DNA from: the human T2T-CHM13v2.0 reference genome, Homo sapiens | Strand: one strand, 5' to 3' | Assembly (NCBI RefSeq): GCF_009914755.1 | Contig: NC_060947.1 | DNA: 64,000 bases | In this document: positions 31,415-44,561 of the stretch, piece by piece | How the letters are laid out: every line of letters begins with the position of its first letter | Numbering within the stretch: position 1 is the stretch's first letter | The notes under the pieces: model-generated | Databases searched by the model: none | What the model saw: the letters and a program-made list of their open reading frames with translations, nothing else | What the model was told of the DNA's origin: nothing | Made by a program: the position numbers and the translations under genes

Positions 31415-32457
31415 CCTCTCCTTACTGGGAGAGAGAAAGCCTCAAATTGGGGGTTAGCAGTTCCTGAGAAATAGATCAGATTGAGAGACAAAAACAAATC
31501 TCCAAACAAAACAAAACAAAAAAACAAAAAAAAGAGAAGATCTCTTGTGCGCAAACCCTCCCCTCACCCCAATTCCCGGTGGTTCTGAGAGATGAGGTGA
31601 GGTGGGGAGGGGGCCACAGAAAATGGAAGCAGCCCCTCTCAGCATGAGAAAGCATCCCTCAGGCCTTCCACAGCTGTCTTCCCTCCAGCCCCAGCCGGAG
31701 AGAGGCTCGCAGCCCCTGAACGTGGGCTTCGGTGGAGCCCAGCTGCAGTCACAACTTCCCACGCAGCTGCGGTGGACTAGAGGCTCCAGCCACATTCCTC
31801 CCCAGGTCTTGGCCACCTGACTGACCACACCATCCCCAAGGTCCAGGCTCCCCTGCAGCAGGGGGCCAGCTGCTCCCCAGTCCTGTCTGCCAGGGCCCAG
31901 GCTTGTGTGCAGTGCCGGCCACCAATTACAGCACAAGCCCATTCATTTGCTGGATTGGATTTTTTGGATTTTGTCATTTGCTATGTGGAGGTTTTCTTTC
32001 TGACTAATTTGTTTACCAGGTTTAATTCTTCAATCATGTTTTCATTTTAGGAGATTTCAGGGTAATTATGAACTTTGAATAAATCCATCTGAGGCACCAA
32101 AGTGCTCTGAGCACAGCTCTGTCAGGGCCTGCCATTTCCTTGCTACGTTGAGACTTGGTGGGAATAGGACCTTTCCTGCCCACCCCCACCTCAGCTCCTG
32201 CAATTGGAAACAGCTGGGCCTCTAGGAGAGGCCAAGGTCAGGATTTGGGAAAAGCCCCAACTGAAAACCACACTGGGGTTGGGGAGAGATGGAATCAGGC
32301 CGGTGTGTGAGTGAGGCTGCAGAACCTTCGAGAGTCCGGGGCCCCACCCCACCCACCTTGCCAAGGCTACTCCCCAGGGCATGGAGCAGAGGGAGCGGAG
32401 ACTGGGGCTGCCTCAGCATTGCCAGCCGCGTGTTTGTCGAAGCAGGGTGCAAGGCAT

Positions 32458-32993
32458 TGTTGGGGAGGGAAAAATGCTTCCCTGCACCCACCTAGATTCT
32501 TTAGCTGGGTTATGAATTAAATTGACATGAAACAGATTAGCAGGAGAAAAATTTTTATTATACACATTTTAATTATACACATTCGTATGGGAGTCCCATA
32601 AAGCCATGAGACCCAAAGAAGGGCCAGATGATGGAAGCTTGCATCGTATCATGAGCTACAGAAAAGAATAGGGGTTCCAGGCTTTTGGGGAGTGCTGGAG
32701 AGAAATTTTGGGCGGGTGAGAAGAAGAAATGTCCGGAGAATAAAGGTTGCCTTGTTATGCAGATAAAAGTCTCTCAGGTGATAAAAGTTGAGCAGCTCTC
32801 TTCCCGCTACTGATACTTTTACTAATGAAAATGTCCTTTACAAAATGGGAGTTTTTCAGAGCTATTGCTGTGTCTGCAGTTTCTCAAACTAACCAGCTTG
32901 AAATAATCAATATGCCAAAGAGGTATATTTTGGGGTGGCATTTTCTGGTTTCCTACAGTCATGTTTTGGGGTGGTGTGTCCTGAGCCCCAGCA
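32458..32993 (-). mobile_element. MER34-family ERV1 LTR
   Basis: The reverse complement begins TGCTGGGGCTCAGGACACACCACCCCAAAACATGACTGTAGGAAACCAGAAAATGCCACCCCAAAATAT. Confidence 0.75.
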
Positions 32994-33995
32994 GGTGTAG
33001 AGACCAGAGGCTACAACTCTAGTTTCAGTAACGTAGCCCTTGAGCAGTGGGGCAGAGAGCGTTTCTGAGCCCTCAGGAGTAAAATAGAAATATATCAAGG
33101 ATGATGATGTGATGAGGACAATTTCTGTTCCATCAGTTTGCAGACTTGTCGCAAAGAAGCTGAGGCAGGAGGAGACACTCTGTAAACTGTATCACGTGGC
33201 ACAGTTGTGAGGTGGTGGTGGTGCTGTAGAACAAGGTCTCTTGGTCATAACAGCAGGGTCACACTGGCAGGCTGGGGAGATGTGATACCCAATCAACCAA
33301 TATAAAGGTAGGAAATGCCACCAGGCCCCCAGATGTCTTGACTCTGTCACTGTTTCTCAACCCAATGGGTCTGGCTCCTGAGTGTGCTGGGATGGTCTCT
33401 ATGGGAGTATGTGAGTGTATAAATTGGGTTCTGGTCTCAGCACCTTAACAACACCACACAGGAGGGCTGTCTGTGTCCGGAATCTTATTAGCACTAACAA
33501 ATTAGAGTTGCTTAATCTGCATATCCATATCAAACCTACAGCCAGCTGGGTGGGTGTGTGGTGCAGAACTGGCATGTGCACTAATCATAACTAGGATCAA
33601 TGCATTAGGCTTAGCAAATTTACATGCAGCCAATCACAGCAAAAGTGTAAAGAGCAAAACTGCCAAGAGAACCAATCACATACAGGGAATTCTTCACTGC
33701 AGAGTGTAAGACCCCTGAGCTCCTAGAGCTTTATGGCACTTGTTCCCACCACAGAGTATAGGCTGAATGGGAACTCCAGACTTGCTCTGATGAGAATTCG
33801 GCAGTAGATCAGGTCCACAGTGACAGTGACACCCTAGGCGGGGGCTGGTGCAAGGGAGGGAGTGTCCATACTGTCTTCATTTGGGTTCTCACAGAATCAA
33901 GCCTTGGAGAAAGAAACGCCAGCAAGGGCGTGCAGGTGTAAGGCAGGACAGCTAACGAAGGGTGCACGATCAAGCCAGGTACTCCTGTGCGAAAC

Positions 33996-34383
33996 TGCTA
34001 TGGCTGAATTCTGTCCCCCTCCCAAATTCATGTGTTGAAGTCCTAAATGCCAGGACCTCAGAATGTCATCTTATTTGGGAACAGGGTCCTTAAGCAGGTA
34101 ATTAAGTTAAAATGAAGTCGTTAGGTTGGGCCCTAATCCAATGTGACTGGTGTCCTTTTAAGAAGAGATTAGGACACAGACATGCACAGAGAGAAGACCA
34201 TGTGAAGACGCAAGGAAAAGACAGCCATCTACAAGCCAAGAAGAGAGGCCTCAGAAGGAACCAACCCTGCTGACACCTTGATCTTGAACTTCCAATCTCC
34301 AGAGCTGTGGGAAAATACATTTATGTTGTTAAAGACCCCAGTTGTGTGGTGCTTTGTTATGCTGGCCCTCGCAGACTAAGACA
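33996..34383 (+). mobile_element. MLT1B MaLR LTR nested in an ERVL-type LTR
   Basis: TGCTATGGCTGAATTCTGTCCCC...GCAGACTAAGACA. Confidence 0.88.
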
Positions 34384-35696
34384 GTGAATACGACCCCTTT
34401 CCTTTGGGGGAGACAGTGTAAAACACAGGCTTCTGAGTTATCCCACCTGAGAGGTAAGGAGGCTAGGGTGTTTATCCACCAATTTGTATCAGCCATTTCC
34501 TGGGCGTTGTTCTCAGGGGGCATTAACTCCCACACTTACAGCCTGCCGCAGGGGCAGGCAAAGTGGTTTGGCAACCGGTGGAAGCCCCCAGATGAAGAAA
34601 TGCAGGGATGGCCACTGGGAAGCTGAGCCTGAATGCACTCAGAAGTTAAGAGCAAGGGGATTTGTAAGAGGCAATGATGATGGCATCTGCTACACAGACC
34701 TATGAAACAGTGATGGACTGTCTTAGGTACCCGCCCAGAGGGTAAGGTGCTGTAGACTTTTACCTCTAACCCGAAGGAATATGCATGTGTGCGGTGTGTC
34801 TATTACTAGGGAGATTTTGTCTAGATAGAATACAGACGTTTCTATTGGATGATCCTGTGTAATGTTGTATAACCCTATAATAAATGTTATTTGCAAAGGT
34901 TACCTCTGGTTAGTTTCCATGCCAAAGCTGGTGAATTCAAGGGAACATGTACTAGGGTTCACTGTGGTCTTGGACCCCAGTAACTTTGCTGGTTTCGCTA
35001 GTGAGGCCTAGAGCAGTTCACTGCCTCTTGCTAATTTTAGACTTGTGTACTGGGCACAGCTAAGATGAGGGTGCTTTCAGTTAGGTTTCTTGGTTTCAAG
35101 CAGCCGAAACCAACAATAGCTGACTTCGATAGGAAAGGGATTTCTGGAAGACTGTGTTCACAGACCTGAGGGAAGGTAACAGGACTCACAGCCAAGAACA
35201 CTCGGGTGGAGGAGTACATGGGGGGAGGGGACTTTTTAGCATAGTATCTGTAGGACACTGTCACTACTCTGGACCCTGGAGGTTGCCACCATGGTGACAT
35301 TGTCCCTGCTTCTTTATGATGTTCAGTGTTAGTGGGGATGGAGATCTTAGCTGCTGGGAATGGGGGGTTTAGGGAGAGGAGCTTGGCCATGAGCTTCTCT
35401 AAGGGGGATCAGAACATGTGTTTCCCCTCTATTACCCAAACCAGGGCATGCCTCCCAAATGGGATAGACACTTGTCTTTGTCACGTGGGTGGGGGAAAAT
35501 TCCAGAAGGGAGGGAGGAGTAGGGCGAGGATTTGTTCCTGTGACTCCTGGCTCATTTGCTCAGTTTCAGGTCAGGCTAGTGGAGACAATGGGTAGATCTG
35601 AGGTTTGGCTGGGTGTGGGGTGGGTTCCCTTGACCGGGGATCCCTGTGGGCCTCATTTGCCACCAAGGGGCAGAAGCAGGAAGACTGAGGGATGCT

Positions 35697-36570
<874 letters not shown>

Positions 36571-36573
36571 GTG

Positions 36574-36741
36574 AGCTGGGCAGTGGCTCACACCTGTAAT
36601 CCCAGCACTTTGGGAGGCTGAGGCAAGAGGATTGCTTGAGCCCAGGCAGTTCGAGACCAGCCTGGGCAACATAGAGGGACCTCCATCTCTCAAAAAAACA
36701 AAAACAAAAACAAAACAGAGAGAGAGAGAGAAAAAAAATAA
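36574..36741 (+). mobile_element. FLAM_C Alu monomer
   Basis: Single arm; TSD AAACCA(TC/CT)ACAGTG. Confidence 0.88.
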
Positions 36742-37985
36742 AGTAAACCACTACAGTGGCTAGGAGATGGTGAACAGCCACTTCACTTGACGGTTTGACT
36801 GGACCAACACAATTTTCATTCTCAATTTTCTAACTTGGCTGCTTGTTTCCCACACTGCAGAAAGGCCAGGGCTCAAACTCCCCAGCAGCATATTAGTAAC
36901 TAAAATGTTTGCACTTAGCGGGCTGGACTCTAGTTAATCCAGCTTCATCATTATGCCAGGAGAGCTCATTCCAACTGAAATTTGACTATTGGTTTTTAAT
37001 TTTGGTGCCATTTTTCAAGATGATGGCTCTTCTGGCTGACAGTGAATTACCCGGGGTGCAAATTAAATACAATAGAATTGCTAATCAGGCCATTAGAATA
37101 CATGGACAGGAGGAAAGCTACAAGTTGTCAGACCTGGGTGGGTTCTCTCCTTGCTTTTTGGACAGAATTTGTGTGACTTTGAATGGGCTTATGCATAGAA
37201 CTGGTACAAATATTGGAAACAGACGCCTGCAGGCAGCGAGGGGGACAGAGCAAGTGGCTGCAAAGCCTGCGATGGTACACTGGTTTGGTTGGTTCCCCTT
37301 TGCAGGAAAAATCTTGTCCTATAAGTACTCATGTCCCTGGGGATTGCTGTCTAATGTTCCATACACTCTTCTCATGCAAGGAAGTGTCGAGATTTAATTC
37401 TCAACCTCCAGGCCCACAAGGAAGGCACCAAATATCTGACATAATGAACAGTGTTTTCGGATTTCTAAATTTAGAGGGAAGGCGAGAATGCACTAGTGGT
37501 TTTTCTCATGTCTAATTCTAAGCAAAGACAGAAAGACCGTCAAAGACTTCATGTAGCACATTCAGTCACAGTTTCTTTGTGTGTGTGTGTGTGTGTTTCT
37601 TTAACCCCCACGAGACTAACTGAGAAGAAATAGATTCAGGAGCCACTTCCTAAGGAGGCAGTGCTTGATGCCAAGAGGTAGTTCAGTAAATCAGGAAGTG
37701 TTTGACCATTGGAGAAGATAGAGTGTGGTTTTCAAGGGCAAAGATGCAAGCCAGGATGCTGTCCAGTAATGCTGCTAGGAGTGGAGGTGAGCTGGGGATC
37801 ATATCTGCAAGTGAGGGAGGACTCCTACTGAATCAATCACAGGAAACACTTACCAAGGCCTGCCAGCCATGTCTGACCACTTGAAGTGCTTGCAGCATTT
37901 AATTTTCACAGCAGCCGTCTGAGGTGTGGATTATGATCACCCCCATTTAATGGATGTTAACTTGGAGGTTAGGTAACTTCCTGGA

Positions 37986-38394
37986 GTGTGTTAGTCAGTT
38001 TTGCATTGCTATAAAGGAATACCTGAGGCTGGCTAATTTATCAAAAAAAGTACGTTTCTGCAGGCTGTATGAAAAGCATGGCACTGGTGTCTGCTCCTGT
38101 TGAGGACTCGGGAAGCTTCCAATCATGGCGGAGAGCAAAGGGGGAGCTGGTGTATCACATGGCAAGAGAGGGAGCAAGAGAGAGATGGGGGAAGGTGCCA
38201 GGCTCTCTTAAACAACCAGATCTTGTGTGAACTCATAGAGTGAGAACTCACTCATCACGGCAAGGACAGCACCAAGCCATTCACGAGGGATCCTTCCCCA
38301 TGACCCAAACACCTCCCACCAGGCCCGCCTCCAACATCAGAGGTCACATTGCAACATAAGATTTGGAGGGGACAAAAACCATCTAAACCACATC
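37986..38394 (-). mobile_element. MSTA-like MaLR LTR
   Basis: TTAGTCAGTTTTGCATTGCTATAAAGGAATACCTGAGGCTGG...AAACCACATCA. Confidence 0.88.
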
Positions 38395-38527
38395 ACCAGG
38401 GTCACCCAACAAGTTCATGGCAGAGCTAGTGTTTATTAGATTGGGTTCAGCTATCAGAGACAGGAGAAAAAATCTGAGTAAGGCATAAACAAGATAGACA
38501 TCCTTTCTTACAAAAACAAAGATTCAG

Positions 38528-38797
38528 GGCCAGGTGCGGTGGCTCATGCCTATTATCCCAGCACTTTGGGAGGCCAAGGTGGGAGGATCACTTGAGGCCA
38601 GTGATCTCAACATAATGAGACCCTGTCTCTACAAAATTTAAAAAGTAGCCAGTTGTGGTGTGTGCCTGTAGTCCCAGCTACTTGGCAGGCTGAGGAGGGA
38701 GGATCACTTTAGACCAGGAGTTGGAGGCTTCAGTGAGCTATGATTGTGCCACTGCACTCCAGCCTGGTTAACAGAGTGAGACTCTGTCTCTAAAAAA
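38528..38797 (+). mobile_element. AluJ with internal deletion
   Basis: GTGAGCTATGATTGTGCC J diagnostic. Confidence 0.88.
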
Positions 38798-38919
38798 GCC
38801 CCCAAACCTACGATGTTTTGAGGTATACAGTCTAATTCCATTACAGCAGCTCCATAACCATCTGCCACCCAAGTTCTTCTTTCTTGTTCCTCTACCATCT
38901 TCAACACATGATCTCTGCC

Positions 38920-39335
38920 TTGGGTTGCCAGATAAAATACAGGACAGCCAGTTGAATGTGAATTTCAGATAAATAACAAATAATTTTTTTAGTATGTGTC
39001 CCATGCAATATTAAATAATCAAATGACATTGTTTTGTTCTTGTTTGAGATGGGGTCTCACTCTATCACTCGAGCTGGAGTGTAGTGGCATAATTGCGGCT
39101 CACCACAGCCTTGACCTCCTGGCTTAGGTGATCCTCCCGCCTCAGCCTCCTAAGTGGCTGGGACTGCAGGTGCACCCTACTATGCCTGGCTAATTTTATG
39201 TATTTTTAGTAGAGACAGGGTTTCACCATGCTGTCCAGGCTGGTCCCGAACATGAAATCTTAAAATTAAATGAAGTATTAAAATTGTAAAATATTAAAAA
39301 ATTAAATATTTTTATTTGCTAAACCTGGCAATCCT
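38920..39335. mobile_element. MER53 hAT MITE, internally deleted and interrupted by a partial Alu (39031-39252, minus)
   Basis: TIRs GGGTTGCCAGAT...CTGGCAATCCT; GAATTTCAGATAAATAACAAATAATTTTTTAGTA. Confidence 0.8.
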
Positions 39336-39799
39336 ATCTCTGCCTCATGGTTCAAGATGGCTGCTTATGCTCCAGCCTTCAGGACGACCATACTTCAGGC
39401 AGCAGGAGGAAAGGGGATTAAAGAAGGGCCTCCCTTCCTTTGAACACACCTCATGGGAGTCATACCCAAATCAATTTCTCAACTCACATTGGCAACACAT
39501 TGGTTTTAGGGAGGCTGGGAAATATGGTTTCTATTCTGGGCAGCCACAAACTCAGCCACCAATCAGGGCTTCTATATTAAGAAAAATGGGTATCAGGGGT
39601 CAACTTAGTTTCTGTCACAGCTTTCGAGTCTTGAGGCTTAATCACCCTGCTGTTCTGCCTTTTCTCTATTTCATGAAAGAAAGGGTAGAGAAGACACGTG
39701 TGTATTTCACACAGACTTCTTTGGTTCCTTTTGACGATTTCTGCGTGCCTCTTCCCTGATTCCTCCTTGTGTTTGCTGCTAACAGCCTGCCCATGTGAA

Positions 39800-40120
39800 A
39801 TGCTTCAGAACCCTGCCCTTGGGCTCACGGAGTCATGTTGCCTACACCTGGGAATTTGGATGGCCCTTAGCAAGTGACTTACTCTGTGGGAGCACAAAAA
39901 CCCAGCTCCCTTGGCTGGGGTCAGGACGAACACGTAAGTGTAATTTACACCCCAGAGCCCATCTGCAAGATCAGGCTGAGGCTGGGACTCCCCTGAGTGT
40001 GTGCCCTGGCTTGGCTTCTTCTCTTCCCTGTCTTGTTTTCTTGACTTCTTTACTGGTCTGTCCTGGAAGCACTTCCTTCATAAATCATGTGCACACAAAT
40101 CCTGGTCTCAGTGTCTTAGC
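39800..40120 (+). mobile_element. LTR16-like ERVL LTR fragment
   Basis: CACTTCCTTCATAAATCATGTGCACACAAATCCTGGTCTCAG 3' motif. Confidence 0.55.
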
Positions 40121-40700
40121 AGGCTCAGATAAGGGTTTACCCTGGAAAATATAAATAGGAAGTGGGCCAGCACTTTTGAAGACAAAGCTCTTCAGTTGCT
40201 GCATACCCCTCTGTGATGAAGAGGCTAAAGTGACTGGCAAAGCCCTTGAGTTTGAATCAGGTCACACCCAGCCTTATGGGGCAAATCCTGAGCTGTGACA
40301 ACTTCTACTTAGTTGGACATTTAATATTTATTTCAATCTTCTCCAAGCCGTATGTTTTCTAAGAGAATGTGTATTAGTCAGGATTTGGTCAGGAAAACAG
40401 ATGGCACTTGGAATTTCAAATAGGGATTTAACACGGAAGGTTAGGTACTTACAAACCAGTTGGGAGAGCTGGAAGAGCAAAAGTCTCTCAGATTTCCTCC
40501 CAACTCCCAGAGCATCAGAAAGTACAGTGAAGAAAGAGCCCGCCAGCCTGTGGGACCAAGATAGCTGATTCTCGGGGAAGTGCCTGGAGGTGGCTGCGAA
40601 AGCTGTACTTCCTGTGCCCCTTGTGTCTGTCTGCTGTTGCAGGAGAAGCAATAATAATCATGGCTTCTGCTTCTCTGGCCTTCCAGGTCTTGTGCCACTA

Positions 40701-41670
40701 CAGTCAATCCTCATTATTTGTGGGTTCCATATTTGCAAATTCACCTGCTCACTAACATTGATTTGTAACCCCAAAATCAATACTCACAGTCCATTCGTAG
40801 TCACTCTCGGAAAGAGCTGCAAAAAACTTGAGTCACCTAAAGCCCACGTTCCCGGCTGAGCTGAATAAGGGACCTCTCTGCCTGGTAGTTTGAGCTCTCG
40901 TACTGTAAACAAGTGTTATTTTGGCCGTCTGGCTACTGCCATGTTTTTCACATTTTTGTGCTTTTTGTTGGTGATTTCACTGTTTAAAATGGACCCCAAG
41001 TGTAGTGCTACAGTGCTGTTCAGCGTTCCTAAATAAGAGAAGGCAATGATGTGCCTTATGGAGAAACTGTGTGTTAAAAAAAAGCTTTGTTCTGGCCAGG
41101 CGTGGTAGCTCGTGCCTGTAATCCCAGCACTTTGGGAAGCTGAGGCGGGTGGATCACTTGAGGACAGAAGTTCGAGACCAGCCTGGCCAACATGGTGAAA
41201 CCCCATCTCTACTAGAAACACAAACATTAGCCAGGCGTGGTGGCAGGCACCTGTAGTCCCAGCTACTCAGGAGGCTGAGGCACGAGAATCGTTTGAACCT
41301 GGGAGGTGGAGGTTGCAGGAAGCCAAGATCACGCCACTGCACTCCACACTCCAGCCTGGGTGACAGAGCAAGACTCCATCTCAGGAAAAAAAAAAAAAAA
41401 AAAAGGAAAGATTTTTTCAAGCATGAGTTATAGCGCTGTTGGCTGTGAGTTCAATGTTAATGCACCAACTATATATATTAAATAAGGTGTCTTTAAACAG
41501 AAACACACAAAAGACAAAGTTACATATTGACTGGTTCACAAAAATATTGTGACCAGAGGCTTGCAGGAACCTAACTGCCTATCTCTCCTAGGAGCAATTG
41601 TTCAGTATTTGCTAATTCAACGTTTGAAAACTGAATAGATCATAACTACTGTGAATAATGAGAATCAATG
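40701..41670. mobile_element. MER82 (TcMar-Tigger) DNA transposon, interrupted by an Alu
   Basis: TA|CAGTCAATCCTCATTATTTG...GAATAATGAGAATCAATG inverted ends. Confidence 0.8.
41093..41404 (+). mobile_element. AluSx
   Basis: Full dimer. Confidence 0.93.
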
Positions 41671-41819
41671 ATACTTCTCATTGATAGAATCTAACTAGTA
41701 ACCTATTTGGGAAGGAATGCTGGAAAATGTAGTTCCCCAGCTTCCAGATGCTGTGATATATGGAAGATCATAGAAGGAAAAAATGGTGCTAAGTTTTTCA
41801 CAGACAATCCAGAGCAGTA

Positions 41820-43100
41820 TGTTAAATTATGTAATGCTTTCAAAACTTTTTAAAGGGTTGCTCTAGGGTTTACAATATACGTATTTCATTAATCAATATC
41901 TACCTTCAAATAATAATATACTATTTCATATGTAGTATAAAAACATTGTAAGAGTGTACTTCTAATTCCTCCCTCCCATCCCACAGTACATTTACATATC
42001 CTATAAACACACAATGCATTGCTGCTGTGCTGACTTTAGACAGTCATCTTTTAGAGCAATTTAAACATTTTAAAAGGAATTTTTATTTACCTTTATTTGT
42101 TCCATTTCCAGCCCTTTTCATTTATTTGTGTAGATCCAAGTATCTGTATCATATCATATTCCTCCTACCTATAACATTTCTTATAGAGCAGTTCTGCCAG
42201 CAATTAATTCTCTATTTTTGTTTGAGAGAGTATTTCTCTTTCACTTTTGAAATATATTTTTTGCCGGGTATAGAATTTGGGGTTGACGTGTTCTTTTGTT
42301 GTTGTTTAACATTTTGAAGATGTTACTTTATTGTCTTTTGACTTGTATGTTTTCTGATGAGAAGTATGCCGTGATTCTTTGTTCTACTTTATGTAATATG
42401 CCTTTTTTCTCTGGCTGCCTTTATAATTGTTCTCTTTCTTGGTTTTCAGCAGTTTAAATATGATATACCCAGATTTTTGTTTGTTTGGTTTTGCTTTTGG
42501 TTTTTGTTTTACCCTGCTTGGTCTTTTCTGTGCTTCATGGATCTGTGGTTTGGTGTCTGCCATTTAGTTTTGGAAAACTCTTAGCCATTATTCCCTCAAA
42601 TATTTCTCCTGCCTTGTTTGCTCTTCTCCTTCTGGGATTTCAGTTACATGTACTTCAGACTGTTTGATAATTTCCCACAGCTCTTTGATGCTCTGTTCTG
42701 TTTTTTCCCTCCATTCATTTATCTTTGTGTTTCAGTTTGAATAATTTCCACTGACTTATCTTCAAATTTGCTGATTCTTTCCTCAGCTGTATCAGTCTCT
42801 TGATGAGCCCATCCAAGGAACATTAGTGTTTTTCATTTCTTGCATTTCCATTTGATTCTTTCTTATAGGTTTATTCTCTCTGCTAAAATTACCCATCTGA
42901 TCTTCCATGTTGTCCGTAAGTGTTTATTCCCAACTCTCCTTGGAGGCACCTGTCTTTTCTTACTTAGAGTTTGGGTTAGTTGGTTGCCCTGTGACTTCGG
43001 CTGTCTGATAAGTTCAAGGTAAGTTGTGATTTGCAGATTGTCTTTCCTTTTTTGTTGTTGCTGTAAGGGTGGGCACAATGCTTTTACCAGCCTCCTACAT
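41820..43100 (-). mobile_element. Old L1M fragments
   Basis: GGTTGCTCTAGGGTTTACAAT, TTTCTGATGAGAAGT and TTTGGAAAACTCTTAGCCATTATT are antisense L1M motifs. Confidence 0.75.
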
Positions 43101-43343
43101 TAGAAGCAGACTGCTGCTATTCAGAGACAGATGTTTCTGTAGAAAAAGTACAAGACTTAATTTTGTGCCTAATTCCTGGTTTCTTTCAGATCCTCATGCT
43201 ATGCACATATAACCAAATCAAGGCACCAGTATTTACTGTGGAATTCAAGAGGAAAAGCTCAGTCTCTGTGGGAATGGCTTAGAAACAGTGGTAAGTGGTA
43301 TAAAATGACAGATCAAATGTAATATGTTACCCCTAGTTGCAGG

Positions 43344-43908
43344 TGTGGTAGGTTCTTAAAAACAGCCCCCAATGAATCATGTCTCCCAGTGTTCACATCC
43401 TTTGCAATGTTTCTTTGCAGCTCTTTCCATCATGAGGTGGAGTTACTTCTCCAGCGTTTGAATCTGCTGTTTTGATCAACAGAATATGGCTGAAGTGACA
43501 TGTGTGTTTGTGCCTGGGTGAAGATGGGGGGCATTTAAGTCCAGGGCTTAGGAGTTCTGGTAGCTTCCACTTTTGCCTGGGGGGTTTCCAGCCACCATGT
43601 GAAGAAGCTCAGATTAACCTGCTGGAGACAGAAGCCACTTAGGAGGAGAGCCAAGCTCCCAGATATATTAGTGAACCCGGCTGACCCCATGAAAAGAGAG
43701 AGGCCCAGCCACCCCAGTTAGCCCCAGCCATGCGAACCACCCCAACTGAGCCATCAGACATGTCAGTGTGGCCATTTTGGGTTTTCCAGCTCCAGTCAAG
43801 ATATTGCAGCCCCAAATTCCTGAACCACAGAACTGTGAGATGTAAAAAGGTAGTTGTTTTATGCTACTAAGTTTTGGGGTGGTTTGTTAGGAAGCAATAG
43901 CTAACAGC
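43344..43908 (+). mobile_element. MLT1 LTR
   Basis: TGTGGTAGG...CAGCCACCATGTGAAGAAGC...GCAATAGCTAACAG. Confidence 0.7.
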
Positions 43909-44515
43909 AGACACTTGTAGTTGCTCCACAATATCCCTTCTCCCCCTTTTCCTCTTTAAAAGAAAGGCTGAGTTTTCTAGCTGGTTAAATGGCCACCTAA
44001 AATAAAAATTACATTTCTCAACTTTCCTTGCCACTAGATATAGCCATATGACTAAGTTCCAGTCAATGAGATGCAAGTAAGAATGGGTATATGCAACTTC
44101 CAGCGTAGTATTTATTTTGGAGGCCTTTATCTTACCAATATATCAGAGTCTAGCACTGGAAAGATAAGAATACCATGACCATCTTTCCTTCCTACCCTAC
44201 CCAAATGAGATATGGGTTGCTTTGGAGTCTGTTAGGAAAAAAACAAGAGCAACAGCAACCCAAACACTGTAGTGTAGACAGGCCATGAGGATCAAAAGGT
44301 CAATGGAGAAAAAAAGGAGCTAAAAATGATACAGTGAACACCAACTGAAAAGACTATCTTTAACCCACTAACAGTTTCTAACATTTTGAGTACCTTGAAA
44401 AATAAGTGGTGGTGAATCTTCTCATTGAAAATGAATTTAAATGAAGACATTAGGCCTTTTGACTCTGGGCATAGAATGTTCTCAGGGTAATAACACAGGT
44501 CTGGTACTTGCACCT

Positions 44516-44561
44516 TAATTACCCACAGATGGCTGTGGGTAATTACCCACAGATGGCTGTG
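44516..44561. repeat. 22-bp direct repeat with an embedded hairpin and a 20-bp palindrome
   Basis: TAATTACCCACAGATGGCTGTG x2; CTGTGGGTAATTACCCACAG is self-complementary. Confidence 0.93.

Noticed and set aside
34740-35030. Unassigned segment with AATAAA
   Set aside because: No recognisable family, ORF or structure; a single hexamer is insufficient evidence.
36909-37397. 162-aa plus-strand ORF in unique sequence
   Set aside because: TTG start, no recognisable homology and no clear exon boundaries; kept only as a noncoding-island finding.
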